The notes beneath the pieces are model-generated. The model saw only the letters and a list, made by a program, of their open reading frames with translations. It did not search any database and had not been told where the DNA came from. 64,000 nucleotides of DNA from Cenococcum geophilum. Taxonomy: Eukaryota. Shown here piece after piece: positions 26,880 to 39,738 of the stretch. Position 1 is the stretch's first letter; each line of letters starts with the position of its first letter. The stretch covers positions 4,526,001 to 4,590,000 of the forward strand of contig CP158636.1 in NCBI GenBank assembly GCA_050273025.1, in the 5' to 3' direction. The translations under genes and the position numbers were made by a program.

Positions 26880-27520
26880 ACCGCCTTGAGGCCTTTTTAT
26901 ATTAAGAGTAGTGTATTATAGTTCTCTGTGCTAGCTACTAAGAGCATTATTTCTTAATTAGTGCGTAGGGGGCATAGCAGTATTACGTGTTTTAGTGTCT
27001 GTTTTAGCCAGCTACATTTGTATCTCGGGCTACTTACTAGGACACCTACCTAGTAAAGCCAATCTTTTAGTCCTATTACCCCTGTTCTTAAGAGTATTAC
27101 TATTATATTTTCTGCCTTTATTAGGCCTTCTTAGAGCCCTTAGGTATTTACCCCCTATAGCGTTAACTATACTATAGCTTAGGTTTATCTTACCTAAGTT
27201 AGCCTTTATACCTTTAACTCCTATTTACCTCTCTAGCGTTAGTCTAACCAGTATTATATTATGGTAGATGGTTTCCTAGCGTTCTTATATATTCTACTTT
27301 AGCTCCTTTCTCTGTCTTACTATTGTTTTTACTAACCTCTTGCGCGTCTCCCTTCCTCCTCTATATGGGCCTGGGCCCTAAAGTGATACTATTCTTCTTC
27401 TGCTTTCTTTACCTGTTTCTCTAATATCTCTTCCCTACTTTAGGGTTGTTGGTTTATTCTCCTATAGGGCACCCTAGGATCCCTCTATAGTTTACTTAGG
27501 CGTGTCTTAATGTACTTTAT
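26880..27520 (-). mobile_element. 3' remnant of a non-LTR (Tad1-like LINE) ORF2, RIP-degenerate
   Basis: The minus strand at ~27100-26965 reads LLRTGVIGLKDWLY*VGVLVSSPRYKCSWLKQTLKHVILLCP, matching the C-terminal RTG...CxC...HxxxxCP zinc finger of fungal LINE ORF2. Boundaries are approximate. Confidence 0.65.
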
Positions 27521-28526
27521 AACATTAGAGTTGCGTTTATTTTGCGTTTTTTGTATTGCAGCGGCTTTAATATGTAACTATAGGGGGGGAATATTGGATT
27601 CCTTCTTAAGCAGTGCTGTGGCCGTTCGCTTGTACCCACCTGTGATACTTTAGAGGCAGGCTGTTTGGACCTTTTGAAGTGGTTTAAGGAGTGATTTTGG
27701 GGGGCCCTTCTTAGTTTCTCCAATGGTAGACTAGAATATTAGGATAACTCCACGCTTAAGTAGGTTAGTAATAATAGCCTTAGTATATATTATCTTATAT
27801 AAATTTTAGCCAAGGCTTTATCCATAGCTAGCCGTAAATAGAAGGGACGATTCTTTAATAGTACGTTTCCAAATTAATCTTTCTCTATTCCTTCTCCTAA
27901 AATATCTAGCCGTTTTAGCGTTAAACTTAGTTAAGAATATATATTAGATTAAGCTCCTCTCTAAGATAATAAGTAATATATTACTTTTTATATTAACTAC
28001 CTATTACTTATATTTTATCCGTTTAGAGAATAAGATACTAACTATTCTTAAGTCTAGTTAACGTGGTTAAGCGCAAACTAAAGCCGATCCTATTTATTTT
28101 TATTTAAAAGAAGTAGTTTCTAGCAAGTAATATAATGTTAATATCTTTGTTATTTAAGAGCGTTTTTAATTACTTACTAACTAACATTGAAATCCTAGAA
28201 ATAACTAGTACTAAGCCGTTTGTAAGATAGAAGCTAATATAATTATTTTAAGATAATAAAGAGCTTACTCCTTTAAGAGAACTAGGGGTCGTCTGGAGCG
28301 CTTTTTTTTAGGATTAGTTAACTTGCAAAATAGGCTCTTCGATCTACCTATAGCTAAATCTGAGCTATTTATAGATTAATTTATATTTAAATCTAGCGTC
28401 CTGCTATAAACGGGAGAAGGGATACTTTGGTTTGGAACGGTGTAATATACTATACGTTAGTATTCTAGGGGCTTCGAGATTGGACGACAGTATTACGCTA
28501 GCATACGCCACGAAAGGTAAGACTAA

Positions 28527-29114
28527 CGGCTTGGCCCAAATCTTACCACAGCTTTTGAAACTTTCTTAACCTCTAACTTACATGACTCGTTTAAACCTGT
28601 GCCCTCTAAAGTGCTCGCCCTCAACTTCACACCATTCTTCGCTATTAAAAACAACAGAGATGCACTACGTAAACCTCTTACCTTTCCAGAGGTAAGAGCA
28701 AGAGTGGACATCGCAAAAACATAGCTGCTTAATGTAATATGCTTGAGTGCGCTCGATGAAAATCGGCCTCTGCACCTCCACGCGGTGGAGCCCAGGAACC
28801 TAGCAGATACTATTGGCGTCCCATTAGGACCGTGCCAATAGACTACTAGAGCAAACGTAGGGGCGTATGTACAGCTGCGCTGCGTCGACGCTGCGACGGC
28901 GCTGCGACGTGGCGGCACAATAGAGAATTTTCGCTGGGAGGGTGAGCCCCAACGGAAGCTCAAAATACGACCATCACGTCTGTACATCGGTTTATTCGAA
29001 TCACGGCATCTACCTCCGACGTCACCCCCTTCCTCCCGTACGGCATACGTTATACTACACGGCACAGCAACTACACACGGCAACCAAACCGCATACGCCT
29101 TAGGAAGCCTCTAA
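28527..29114 (+). pseudogene. Degenerate coding remnant of unknown family
   Basis: About 195 codons in one frame (RLGPNLTTAFETFLTSNLHDSF..LTFPEVRARVDIAKT*..) broken only by two TAG stops (28722, 28839). No recognisable motif. Confidence 0.35.
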
Positions 29115-30006
29115 TGAGCCTCTCATCTACCCGCCTTTATACTACCCTACCCGACGGCCTAGATTTACCACACACGCGGTATTTCGTCTTCCTCTATACC
29201 TTTTGGCTGGGGGTTAGGGGACCTAGGTTAGGGCCCTAGGATAAGACACCTAGTTTATCCAGGCTATTCTTTTTGGGTAGAAGGTCATACAGGACTGGAT
29301 CATACTGCAAGTAGGAGGACCGCAGGCGTATATATACATATATAGGGCAATTAAAGAAGGTGCTAGGGGCAGTTAACTTACGGTATTCTATAAAATCGTG
29401 GAAGCATAGTACGCAGGGTAAGATAGGCATTCTAGACATTCCCGTACGGGAGTCCTAGAGCGACCTAATGGTATTTTTCCTCCCGTTGACGTAGTATAGA
29501 TGCTATCTGGAGGGGTACATGCTGTATTACCTCTCACGCCTCCTTGGAGGGTTTTTGTACCTAACCTAGCGGTATTAGTCCGCATGGACCTTAATTGGGA
29601 CCGCATCAGACGCTAATCAAGAAGAAATAATAAAATAGTAATAATATGCTTGAGTACTTATTGAAATGAAAACGCCCAATGCCCACACCTTGTTCAACAC
29701 GCCTATCCCTCTCATCACTGTTCACAAGTTCTTTAACCAACTGTGTCTTGTGTCGCATTCAGAACAGCGCCAGCTGTATTTATCCTCTCCACAAAGCTCC
29801 TTCTCCAATTAGCCATTAAACTTTTCCCCACAATGAATGCTCGCAACCAACTAAGCCAAACCTTCATGAATAAGTGAAGAATCTATTTCTTTCTATGCCA
29901 GCTATATCCAAGCTGGTGGAATGCGTTGCACTAGATACAACGCTTACCATGATACCGGTAACGCCAATGATGCAGTCATGTTCGTTTCGCCATCAAGTGT
30001 TCGCCA

Positions 30007-33000
30007 TCAAATACTCGCTCTCCTAGGTGCCATCGTTCTTCTCAAATTCCTCTCTTTCTCTGTCTCTTCCATGACAGGCAAGACACCCCGATCCCTCAGC
30101 TGGGCCAAATAATCCTTGCCGTACTTATATCCAACCTGATAGATCTCGTCGAATTTTGCAAAATCTAGCGTGCCGTAGGGATCGATTGGTGGCCGCATGT
30201 ATCTACAACCTGGCGTGGTTTTGGCGCGTTCAAGCGCATCAACGCTCGAAACATATGCAAGACGAGCCTGAATTTCTGCTAGTGTGGGAGGGTTAGGGTA
30301 GGAGGAGAAGGGGTTCCATCGGTTTAGGAGGGCCCAGAAGCCGGAGAGAGAGTCGCCGAAAGACTGGGGTGTTGTGTCATCGAGGCTACCGACATCGACA
30401 GCAAATATGACGTCCGCACCAAGAGATTTCATGTGAGCGACCGTAAGGTTGTCGATATAACCACCATCGACTAATAAGCTGCCGTTATCGCATAGTGGGG
30501 GAAGGAGACCAGCAAGTGACATTGAGGCTCGCACATAGCGCCAGACATATCCACTCGTGTGAATCTCAGACTGGCTCCTGCTTATATTGGTGGTGTTGCA
30601 GTAGAATTCGAGCCAAAAATCCTCAATTTGCGAGTTTCCGAAAGTCTTAAATATTCCGCGGTTGAACTCGTGGCCGGTGGTATATGACACACTATTAAGT
30701 TAGCGAGGTAAAGCAGCATGAGGGGAGAGTACTTACGAGGGATATGTGAGGTCGAGAGCAAACCTCCACATGCTACCCATCCGACCGGCGAATTTCTTGG
30801 CTCTTCCGTACATTGGTACGACATCTGCATCCCATGCGTACAGGGCTCCAATAAAGGCACCTATGGAAGTGCCCCCAACGATATCAATAGGTATGCCAGC
30901 TTCCTCCAATGCTCGAATGATACCAATTTGAGAGATTCCTCTGGCACCTCCACCCCCAAGGACAAGGCCGACTGATTTGCTGCATAGCCGACGGGCTAAT
31001 CGGTGGAAGTCGCCTTTGAAGGGTGTTTCTGCGGAGTAGAGAGGTGTTTGTCGAACTTTCCGCGATGTGTATTTTTGAATTTCGGCTTGGAGAACTTGTA
31101 CACGTTGTTTCAACGCATTTCCAAAGCGCCGGCCGGCTGGGTGGACGGGCTCCGGAGTAGTCCTAAAAGACATTTGGATGTGATGATGACCGCCATTGAC
31201 CCACATACGATTTCGAAGCCATTTGCGGGTGAGGCCAGGCGGGCAGTATCTCTCCGAATGCAGAAGCACTAGCTCTTTCCGCGCTGTAGTCTTGGTCGTG
31301 AGCAAAAATCTTTCATATTCACCAATACTTGGAGAACCTTCTGCGAGACCAACCAGAAGAATACAGTCAGCTTGGCTAATACACGTCTGGGTCCATGGGG
31401 ACTTCACGTTCGTGTCCGCGACATAAAGCACAAGGCCGTACTTCTCTTCTAGATCCGCTAGGTATTGTGATAACTTGAGTTTCCCCATTCGATTGAAAGC
31501 ATGTCTGCCAAGGTGGTTCAGGATAGCAGCTTGATTTAATGAGACGACGCCATTAGGTGTGCCGATCTGATTTAAAGCATTCATAAGTCGACCGGCAAAT
31601 TCAACAACGGGTATCCCAGCTGTCACCGGGAGAATTGCCACTGTGCGAAGGTTCACGGTAGACGATACATTGCTGCGTAGAGCCTTTGCGGTCCGTTCTT
31701 TCGCATGTTCGTGAAGTGGATCATCGACCAACGCCCGCATGCGTGTCGCGATAATCTTCGAGATTTTAATAGTGATCCCAGGATGCTCGAGTGCTAAGCT
31801 ATTGAATAGAGTCTTCGGGAACTTCGCAAGCTCGGTGTCTCGAATGGCGTGTAAAGATCCGGGTCGGGCCGATTCCGTAAGAACTTCAAGTTCTCCAACA
31901 CTATCACCTTGACCATATTCGCCTATCACTTTCATCCCGTCATTTTCCCCTTCTTGGATCGCTCTTAGGCGGCCATTGAGAACGATATAGATGGCATCGC
32001 TTTCTTCTCCTTGATTGTATATAACTTGCCCCGCATTGACCTGAACCCATTCTAACGCAAAATCGATATGCAATATTAGGCGAGGTAGAAGGGTTGTTAA
32101 TCGTTTGGCCATGGTAAGGAGAACGACTGGATATCGATCCACAATTCTCTCAATCGAAGCTCGTGGGAGAAAACCAACGTACACATCTGTCTTTGCTGTA
32201 ACATCAATGAATGATCTGTAAGAAGATACAGTTCCTAAGTATCCAGCAAGACCTCCTGGCTTCGTTAAGAATAGACTCTTTCTTGTTTTCTTTTTCTTTC
32301 CGGCCTCACTGCCACGCCCAACAGGCCCTGCCCGTGAGGAACCGGTAACGGTTCGCTTTAATGGCGGGCCAGCAAAGAGATCAGACTCTCCCATCCCAGG
32401 AGCTCTAGGGAACGTACCCATCACATTGGACTCAGAGTGATCTTCGTCAGCTGGGACGCTAACATCGAGAAATCCATCGATGACATAATACAGACCAGGG
32501 TTCCTCTCGCCTTGCTCCACGAGAACAGCACCTTTTGGAAAAAAGACAATCTCGACGTCATTCACAATTTCCTCCAGAATACTGTGATTACCGCTAACGC
32601 TGACGGCAGATAATGACGTTGAAGTAAGAGATTCCGAATCGCCATCACCGGATGCCTCATAAGGATCTATGAAGCCAAAAACGTTGGTAAATATTGCCTT
32701 TTGTTTCTTGGCATCGAACGACACCATTCGTGGAGACTGCTCAACCGAATTGGCTTTCATCATATTGTTTTGTAAGTTTGTCAATCCAATTGCTTTGAAC
32801 ATGCAGTCAAGCACTGATTCGCGGAATATGCCGTCCTCGTCAAGAGATTCTTGTCGGTGCAGTGGTACTGGTCCGCGCAGGGACGATGCAAAAGGATTGA
32901 AGGCACCTGAGTCTAATGGCGTGCGGGAATCCCTCCGTCCTTCTACAGTCTGATAGGGTTGAGAAAAGCTGAGTCGTCCGTGTCTGCCTCTGCCTCTCGG

Positions 33001-34717
33001 CAGGTGTGTATTGGTGAGGAGATCTCCAGCACTAACGCCAGATCTTTCGCTTTGTTCGGTAGATTCCGGAGAATTCAGCCTCGTAATGGTCTCGTTACTC
33101 CCGTCAAAAGATGACGAGGCCCGCGCCGCAACAAGTGTAGCTCTTGCAGCTGCTCCTTTCCTTAAACCAGCACTTGATCTTCTACGCCGGCCAGCCCCGG
33201 GATTGTGCAACGCAATGCCTTTCATGCCCTCCTCCGGACCAATTCGTTCTCTCTCTTTTGCAAATTTTTCCTTTAGCCTCTCTAGGGCTGCATCACGAAG
33301 GAATCCAGGTAGGTCATATGTGGTGTATTTGTTCATCAATCTCTCTGTTCGGAGGACTTCACTGGTTAGGCCAAGGTAGGCATGACCGGTTGCGAGAGTG
33401 ACACGCTGTAATCGCGTTAGGATAACTTGAACTATGTGTGCGGTAGCTTTTGGGTAAACCCGAGTTAAGCGACGAAACGCGGTAGCTGGAATGATGGCTA
33501 TAGTTGTATCTACCGTGGCTCTAGCCACTATATCAGGGTGTGCGGATTTCGAATTCCTGGTTCTTGATCGCGACTTCTTGAATGATTTTTCACGATGACT
33601 AGGTAGTTCTCCGTTCATATCCAGCGATAAAGGCGGTACGCTAGGAAGCTGGCCACCTGCCGTAGGGCTGGCTAAACCGGAGGTCCGCCGATTTCTTAAA
33701 TTGGATTGAGGGGGTGTTTGGGGTGTGTGTACTGGACTTTGAGGACCCGAGTCAGGAGTAAAGCTTCCTAGCCTCACAACAGGGACCCGTATAGACCTGG
33801 TGTGACCTGGGCCGGTACTAGAGGCGCTAGACTCAACGCCTCCATCTTCATCGTCCTCATGGCGGAGCTTAATATCCTCTGTAAATAGAGATAGGATTGA
33901 GAATAGTGATGACATAGGAGCCCCATTCTTAACCTCTGTTAGAAGTTGGTATCCCTGGCTATGCCCGTGGTGCCCTTCCCCATCGTCTGAAGACCTCCCT
34001 GGCGTCCTAGTTTCATTGTCCGAACCCGGACCCTCTCGATTTGATTTGACGAAAATCTGGACCAACCCGTCCACAACTAGACAGAAGCCTTTTTCTTCTT
34101 CCAATAGCAAAGTTTCTCCAGCTATCAGTTTCCTGGTTTGCATCGTTCGTGTCAACTCGTGGAAAACAGGTCGCTCTAAATATCCAAAAACTTTTATTGC
34201 GCTGAGGAACTCATCTAGATAGTTGGAAAGACCCCGCTTCGAGTCGCTCTCTTGGCTGTCTGGGAATACTTCGACTCGCGGTTCTTCGCGCTGCGGTTCC
34301 GGGGGTAGTCGGGAATACATGTTCATAAACCGATATCGTACGAAATAACTGATTGTGGAGGCAAAGAATACGACGATTAACAACCTGTGTTGTGGTTAGA
34401 GCGAACTTCTGCAAAAATACCGGGAAAGCATACAAGGTCGTAAAGTTCATAGTAAAGGTCAGACTCATAGAAAAGAGGGTGAATAGCCATGTTGGCAGAG
34501 TAATAGTAGTAAAGGTAATGGCCCAGTAAAGAACGCCTGGGATGACTCTGAGAATAGCCAATATCACGCGTCCTAAAAGCCTCGTATTGGACCATGATGA
34601 TGTCTCGGTAACTTTTACTATGGTTATAGGAGCTGAAGTCTGTCCAACAGCATTGGAGGCTCTGGACATGAGGTCGATAGAGGTGTTTGCGACTGACGCC
34701 ATCTCTGAAGCCTCCAT
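30007..34717 (-). CDS. NTE1: Lysophospholipase NTE1 (patatin-like phospholipase with cNMP-binding domains)
   Basis: Exons 34717-34434, 34384-30737 and 30691-30007 (introns 34385-34433, 30692-30736). N-terminal TM segments, cNMP-binding domains, GGGGARG, GTSIG nucleophile, DGG motif and C-terminal RRASI. Confidence 0.96.
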
Positions 34718-35004
34718 TGCTAAGGTTCAGACGCAGAGCTTAGTAGAGCATGTGGTGTTCAGGGTGGAGGCTCCTCGAGATGCTTGCCAGGTTCCTGGAG
34801 TGGTCTCTTTCCTGTTCGGCGCATAGTGAACGAGCGGGTTGGAAGGTCTAATGCAGCCCACGTTGTCGGTGGATTGGAAGCAACGAAACTATTGCCGGGC
34901 GGTGAGATGCGGCAGGTGAGAGCTTCGCGACTTTCCACCTGCGCCATTCAATACCACGCGCGCCGTCAGAACAAGACGTCCGAATCAGCGGATAATTATT
35001 AACC
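34718..35004. promoter_or_regulatory. Compact divergent promoter region between NTE1 and ARP9
   Basis: Only 287 bp separate the two head-to-head start codons. Confidence 0.6.
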
Positions 35005-37101
35005 ATGCCGCCCTTCAAAGATGAGCAAATCATTGTACATCAACCAGCCACATTCTCTTGCTTTGCCCCCACTCGTGCCACATGTGCTGACCAGATGCCC
35101 AGATAATTGCACCGGGCTCAGAAACCACAACTGCGCAGCTAGGTCTGCCCGAGTCCTTCACTCCCGCCCACTTACGTGTGAGGTCGCGCATGTTCCTCGC
35201 TGAGAAAGATGGAGAATGGGAGCCGTACAAGGTGCGCCGGCGAACCGATAAGACCGAGAGAAACCCAGTGCTTCAGGAAGAGGTCGAAGAAATCAATGAT
35301 ATGAAGAAAACCTTCGGAGAGCCCGAGGATGACGAGATTATATATGAAGAAGACCCAGTATCTGAAGAAGGCGCTGTGTGGCCCATTTCCGAGGGCAGGA
35401 TAACGAATTGGCCGTGTTTCTTCGCTCTGATGACCCACGTCTACAATACCCTGAATCCGCCTTTCCATACACCTATTCTCCTAATAGCGCAACCGGCTTG
35501 GACGCCACGCGAGCATGAGAAGCTCACGCAATTCTTCTTCGAGAAATTCAAGACACCAGCCTTCGGCCTCATGGACTCAGCGATTGCGACAGCCTGGGCG
35601 TATGGCGTGCACACGGCTACAGTTGTGGATGTGGGACGGGACAAAGTCGATGTGACGGCTGTTAGTGAATTTATACCTCACGGTACAGGAAGGGTGGTTG
35701 CGCTCCCAAATTGTGGAGGCGAAGCCATGACTGAGCGGCTACTCAAAATACTGCGTTCTAAAGGATTCACGCGCGAAATGTGCGAGCAGCTTAAGAGAAG
35801 TGCAATTTGCGAGATTCTGCCTGTCGGCGTACGACTACCTGGTACATCAGATTCACCTGTCCAGCAAGTCATTACGAATCCCGCCGCAGCAGCCTCAACC
35901 GGCGCGACAGGATCAGGACCAGGGCGTAGAGAGTCTGCTGCTGCACTTGGCATGGTGCCAAGAGGTCCTGGACCAGACACAGAAATCGGCGAGGAGCAGA
36001 ATGGCGATGATGAAAACGAGGGAGTACTCGATGTTGCTAGTATCGTTGCAGGTGGTAAAATGAACGAATACCTTGCACGAAAGGAGAGAGAGAAGCAAGA
36101 AAAAGCCGCAGCAAAGAAGAAAGGGGCCGAAACAGCTCCAGTCCAAGCTCGCCCTGTACGGCTGCCAAATTCGAAACGAGAGCGTAATACGTTCATGTAT
36201 GAGGATCACGCGTTGCTTGATCAGCTGAAAAGTATGAACCTTGGCAGCAAAGGCATGGCGGAGGCACAAGCAGCTTTAGATGAAGGACCGCAGAAGAAGC
36301 ATGATGCACCAGAGCAAATGGATGTTGGCGAGCCGAGATCAGCAGTTGAAGCCAACGGTACTTCTGATTTCTTGTTCTCGTCCCATACCGGACCCATCAG
36401 ACGAGAAATCGAGGTCGGAACAGAAAGATTCCAAGCTGCCAGCGGGGGGATCCTCGAAAGAATTGCAGACGCGATACATCGAACCATCTCATCTGTTGAA
36501 GAGGTAAACAAAAGGAGTGAGCTCTGGGATTCTCTCATCATCTGCGGGAACGGATCCAAAATAAGAGGTAGCCTCACTTTCCTTACTGAACAACAATAAC
36601 GATCTGACTCTCGCTTCTGCAGGCTTCAAAGATGGCTTGATGTCGACTCTCCAAACTAAATATCTCATTTCTCCCTCCTCCGCTACAATCTTCACCAGCG
36701 AGCTCCCTTCCAATATGTCAACCCCAGCCGGCACCGGGGCCAACACCCCACAGCCGCAACTCGGGCCGCATGGCTCTTCTAGTCAAGTAAACCCGCTCCT
36801 ACTAGCCGCCACAACCGGACAGAACCCGCATCTACTTCACCCCAACAACGCACTCCCCTCCATACACAGCCACAATGCGCACTCGTCTCATGGGCAAACG
36901 CCCACCAGCATCAAGCTAGCCCGACCGCCAGAGTACTTCCCTGAGTGGAAAGACGTCGGGTATGATGAAGCTGCATTCTTGGGCGCGCAGGTGGCAGCCA
37001 AGGTCATTTTCGTCGTGGATCAAGGTATGAGCAAAGGCTATATGACGCGTCCGGATTACAATGATCAGGGCCCGACGGGTATTCACGATTATAGCATGTA
37101 G
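35005..37101 (+). CDS. ARP9: Actin-related protein Arp9 (SWI/SNF and RSC subunit)
   Basis: MPPFKDEQII|IIAPGSETT via intron 35035-35102, second intron 36568-36622. Actin-fold motifs WPISEGRI, FFFEKF, VVDVG, IICGNGS, PEYFPEWK, FLGAQVAAK. Confidence 0.9.
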
Positions 37102-37769
37102 CCTAGTCAATAGAGGGGAGGAACCCGGATTGTTTTTATTGGCAGGATAAGGAGTTTTGGATTCTAAGCTGGAGTTGATCTAGATGACGGATTAATTTAC
37201 TGCTTCTTGCTGTAAAAGTACCGGGCTAGGTAGAACGGCGGGCAATGTTACGTTGCAGCTTCCCTTCACAGTTAAAAAGTCTTCATACCACGCCCTGCCA
37301 AGTCTACAAGTATTATATGTCGGTGAGCTGGTGTCTAAAAGGGTAGTGCACCATTGCTAAAGGCGCATGTTGCTTATCTCATTAATCAGACCCCCGGTGG
37401 ATCGTACGCGCGGGCATACCGTTCCTTATCACCCAACGAATTTTCTACCGAGGGTCTGAGGCTTATGGTCGCAGCTGTGGTGGTAACGGAGCATCAAAAT
37501 ACACCAAAAATTACCTTTTTTACCGCTATCTCGACCCTTTTATAACGCCTAGTTATTATAAAAACACTATAAGGTAGGAGCTCTTTAGCTTCTCCATCTA
37601 ATATATTAAATAACGACGTCGTAGCTATATTATATAAAATATTAAATATAAGTAGTCGGTCGTATATTATCTAAAACTCGTCGGTTAGTTTTCGTCTAGC
37701 TTATCGTAATTTTTATTGTAATTGTACCTTACTGCTATACCTTATATACTTCTCTATATCTAAAAACTA

Positions 37770-38081
37770 TCCCTTAACACGTTAGGGCACCCAGAGGAGA
37801 AGGCCCGTGCGCGAACACCAAAACTTGAACAACGCGTTTATCTAGGCGGCAGCGTCATTCAAGGACTTATTTTAGCTGCAGTATCTATAAAATACCGTTC
37901 TGCAAGAAGTACGGCCGCTAGAGACTTTATATCAAGCGACTCAACTCCAAAGATAAGCTTATATATTATTTCGCTATGAAATCAGAAGCTTTGTATTCCT
38001 AAGCACAGGCATTGAATTCTATTGATCTGATTGGTAGGCTCTTATCGATAACACGGGTGCCCAAGTTGACGTGTTAAGGGA
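37770..38081. mobile_element. MITE (312 bp) with TA target duplication
   Basis: TA|TCCCTTAACACGT...ACGTGTTAAGGGA|TA; subterminal GGGCACCC/GGGTGCCC. Confidence 0.8.
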
Positions 38082-38327
38082 TAAGCTAAAAGCTCTTTAT
38101 CTTCTCTGTCGCCTCTACGTTATAGCGGTATCGTAGCTCTATTTTATGATAAGTTGGATATAGGTAGTTGGTCGGATTTAGTCCAAGTCTACGAAGATTC
38201 CGTTTAAAATCTAACTTAACTTTTACGATCTATATCTTGCCTCTTACAGGTATAGGGCTATAGCATATATTTATAATAATACAATTACTTGAAGAACCTA
38301 TTGTGTTAAATAAATGTATTATGACTA

Positions 38328-38641
38328 TCCTTGCAACGCTGGTGTCCAACGAGTCGATCCGTGCGCGAACACCATTTTCAAATGTTCGCAGACGCGTCTA
38401 TACAATTATATAGTAATATAATTAACCACCATGCCTTCCAATCGTGCCTGTAGAATTCCATTCTGCAGGAAGGACGAGTGCTGGGGCTTACATATTACAT
38501 GACTCTCCACCAAAAATTAAGCTCTTACAGCATTTTATATACATATCAAAAGCCTCAAATATCTCATCATGGCTCATTGATCCTAACGATTTGATTGGCT
38601 AATCCTTATCGATAACCGTTGGACGCGAGCGTTGCAAGGGA
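38328..38641. mobile_element. MITE (314 bp), diverged relative of 37770-38081
   Basis: TA|TCCTTGCAACGCT.G.GTCCAACG...CGTTGGAC.C.AGCGTTGCAAGGGA|TA. Shares GTGCGCGAACACCA, TTCTGCA, TGATTGG and CTTATCGATAAC in the same order. Confidence 0.8.
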
Positions 38642-39738
38642 TAGAAAAGGTTAAAAATCGATTTTTAAAATATTTGCTTCTTACTAAACCGACGCCCATA
38701 AGCTCTCAGACGCTTCGCTGAAGATTTGGGGGGTATATAGGGAGCCGTTGCACGTGCTTCCCCTACCCCGTAACCAAAATCTACTACGGAGCGTCTGATT
38801 TGTGAGATCCCTTTGTGTGGCAGAAGAGACTTTTCGTATTGGGCGCTTTGGGCGCTCCTGCCTGGGTTAGCATGCTGCAGGCACCCTAGCTAGCGTGATT
38901 TGATTAGCAAGCCTCACCAAAACGCCTCAATATTGCGATCCGATGAAATACTGCAGAAGGCCACCACTAAAAACACCTAACTATATATATATATTTAAAG
39001 AAGTTGGGCAAAAGGTCGTAATATATAATATCATAACTGTAGGTTTCTGCCCTTCCCATATTAACCAGCTGCTAATTATATAGGAAAATCCTCCATTAGA
39101 GTTCTCCCCTAAACTGCCACCTATCCGCTTTATACGCGTTCCTAACATTAATAAGGATAAGCCGGTAAAGAACCAGCTCAAGGCTATAAGGGAGGACGTA
39201 CCATATACGTTAAATGAGGTATATTAAGTGCTACAAGTGGTTGAACGTTCGACCAGCGGTTATTCGATATCCAAGCGTCAATGAGGCGCCAGCACCCTTG
39301 CTGCCGAGCAATCGCACTGACCAGAGGCTTAACACCAAGCTCTTTTCAGTATAGAGCCTCTAGATTGGCTTATGAGGCGTGCATATACGAAAAGTCCTTG
39401 CCACACAAAGGGATAACATATTGCCCTATCGGTGCACGCCGCTCGGCGCAAACCGCTTGTGTCGAGTTGCCTGATCGGTGCGCCCCAGCGTTGCGGCCGG
39501 CGGTGCAGATAAAGAATGCTCTCCCCTTCCAAGCACTCTATTACTGCCTGCTGATAGACTTGCTATATCCCCCAAACTCAGAAATATCTATATTCTAGGA
39601 ATGGGGAGGTAAGAATTGGCTTTTGCTCTGTGGTTTTTCTAGGCCGAAGACTCTTCCTCGCGCAAGATCAGTGCTGTTGCTTTGCTTATCGCGTCCCAAC
39701 CTTCTCTCCCAAGCTTCTCTTCAAGAAATATTAAGACC

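Larger units (their letters stand above)
37450..38716. mobile_element. Degenerate non-autonomous TIR element containing two MITEs
   Basis: Left end GAGGGTCTGAGGCTTATGG at 37450; inverted copy GACGCCCATAAGCTCTCAGACGCTTC at 38691-38716. Segment 37450-37662 is repeated at 50837-51028. Confidence 0.5.

Noticed and set aside
28523..29083. 186-aa minus-strand ORF
   Set aside because: Non-ATG start and no motif; more likely the shadow of the plus-strand degenerate frame.
29213..29234. Two TTAGGG units suggesting an interstitial telomere
   Set aside because: Only two non-adjacent units, compatible with chance in TA-rich DNA.
38960..39243. Possible small TIR element upstream of GUD1
   Set aside because: RIP-like composition, but the terminal similarity is too weak and there is no TSD.
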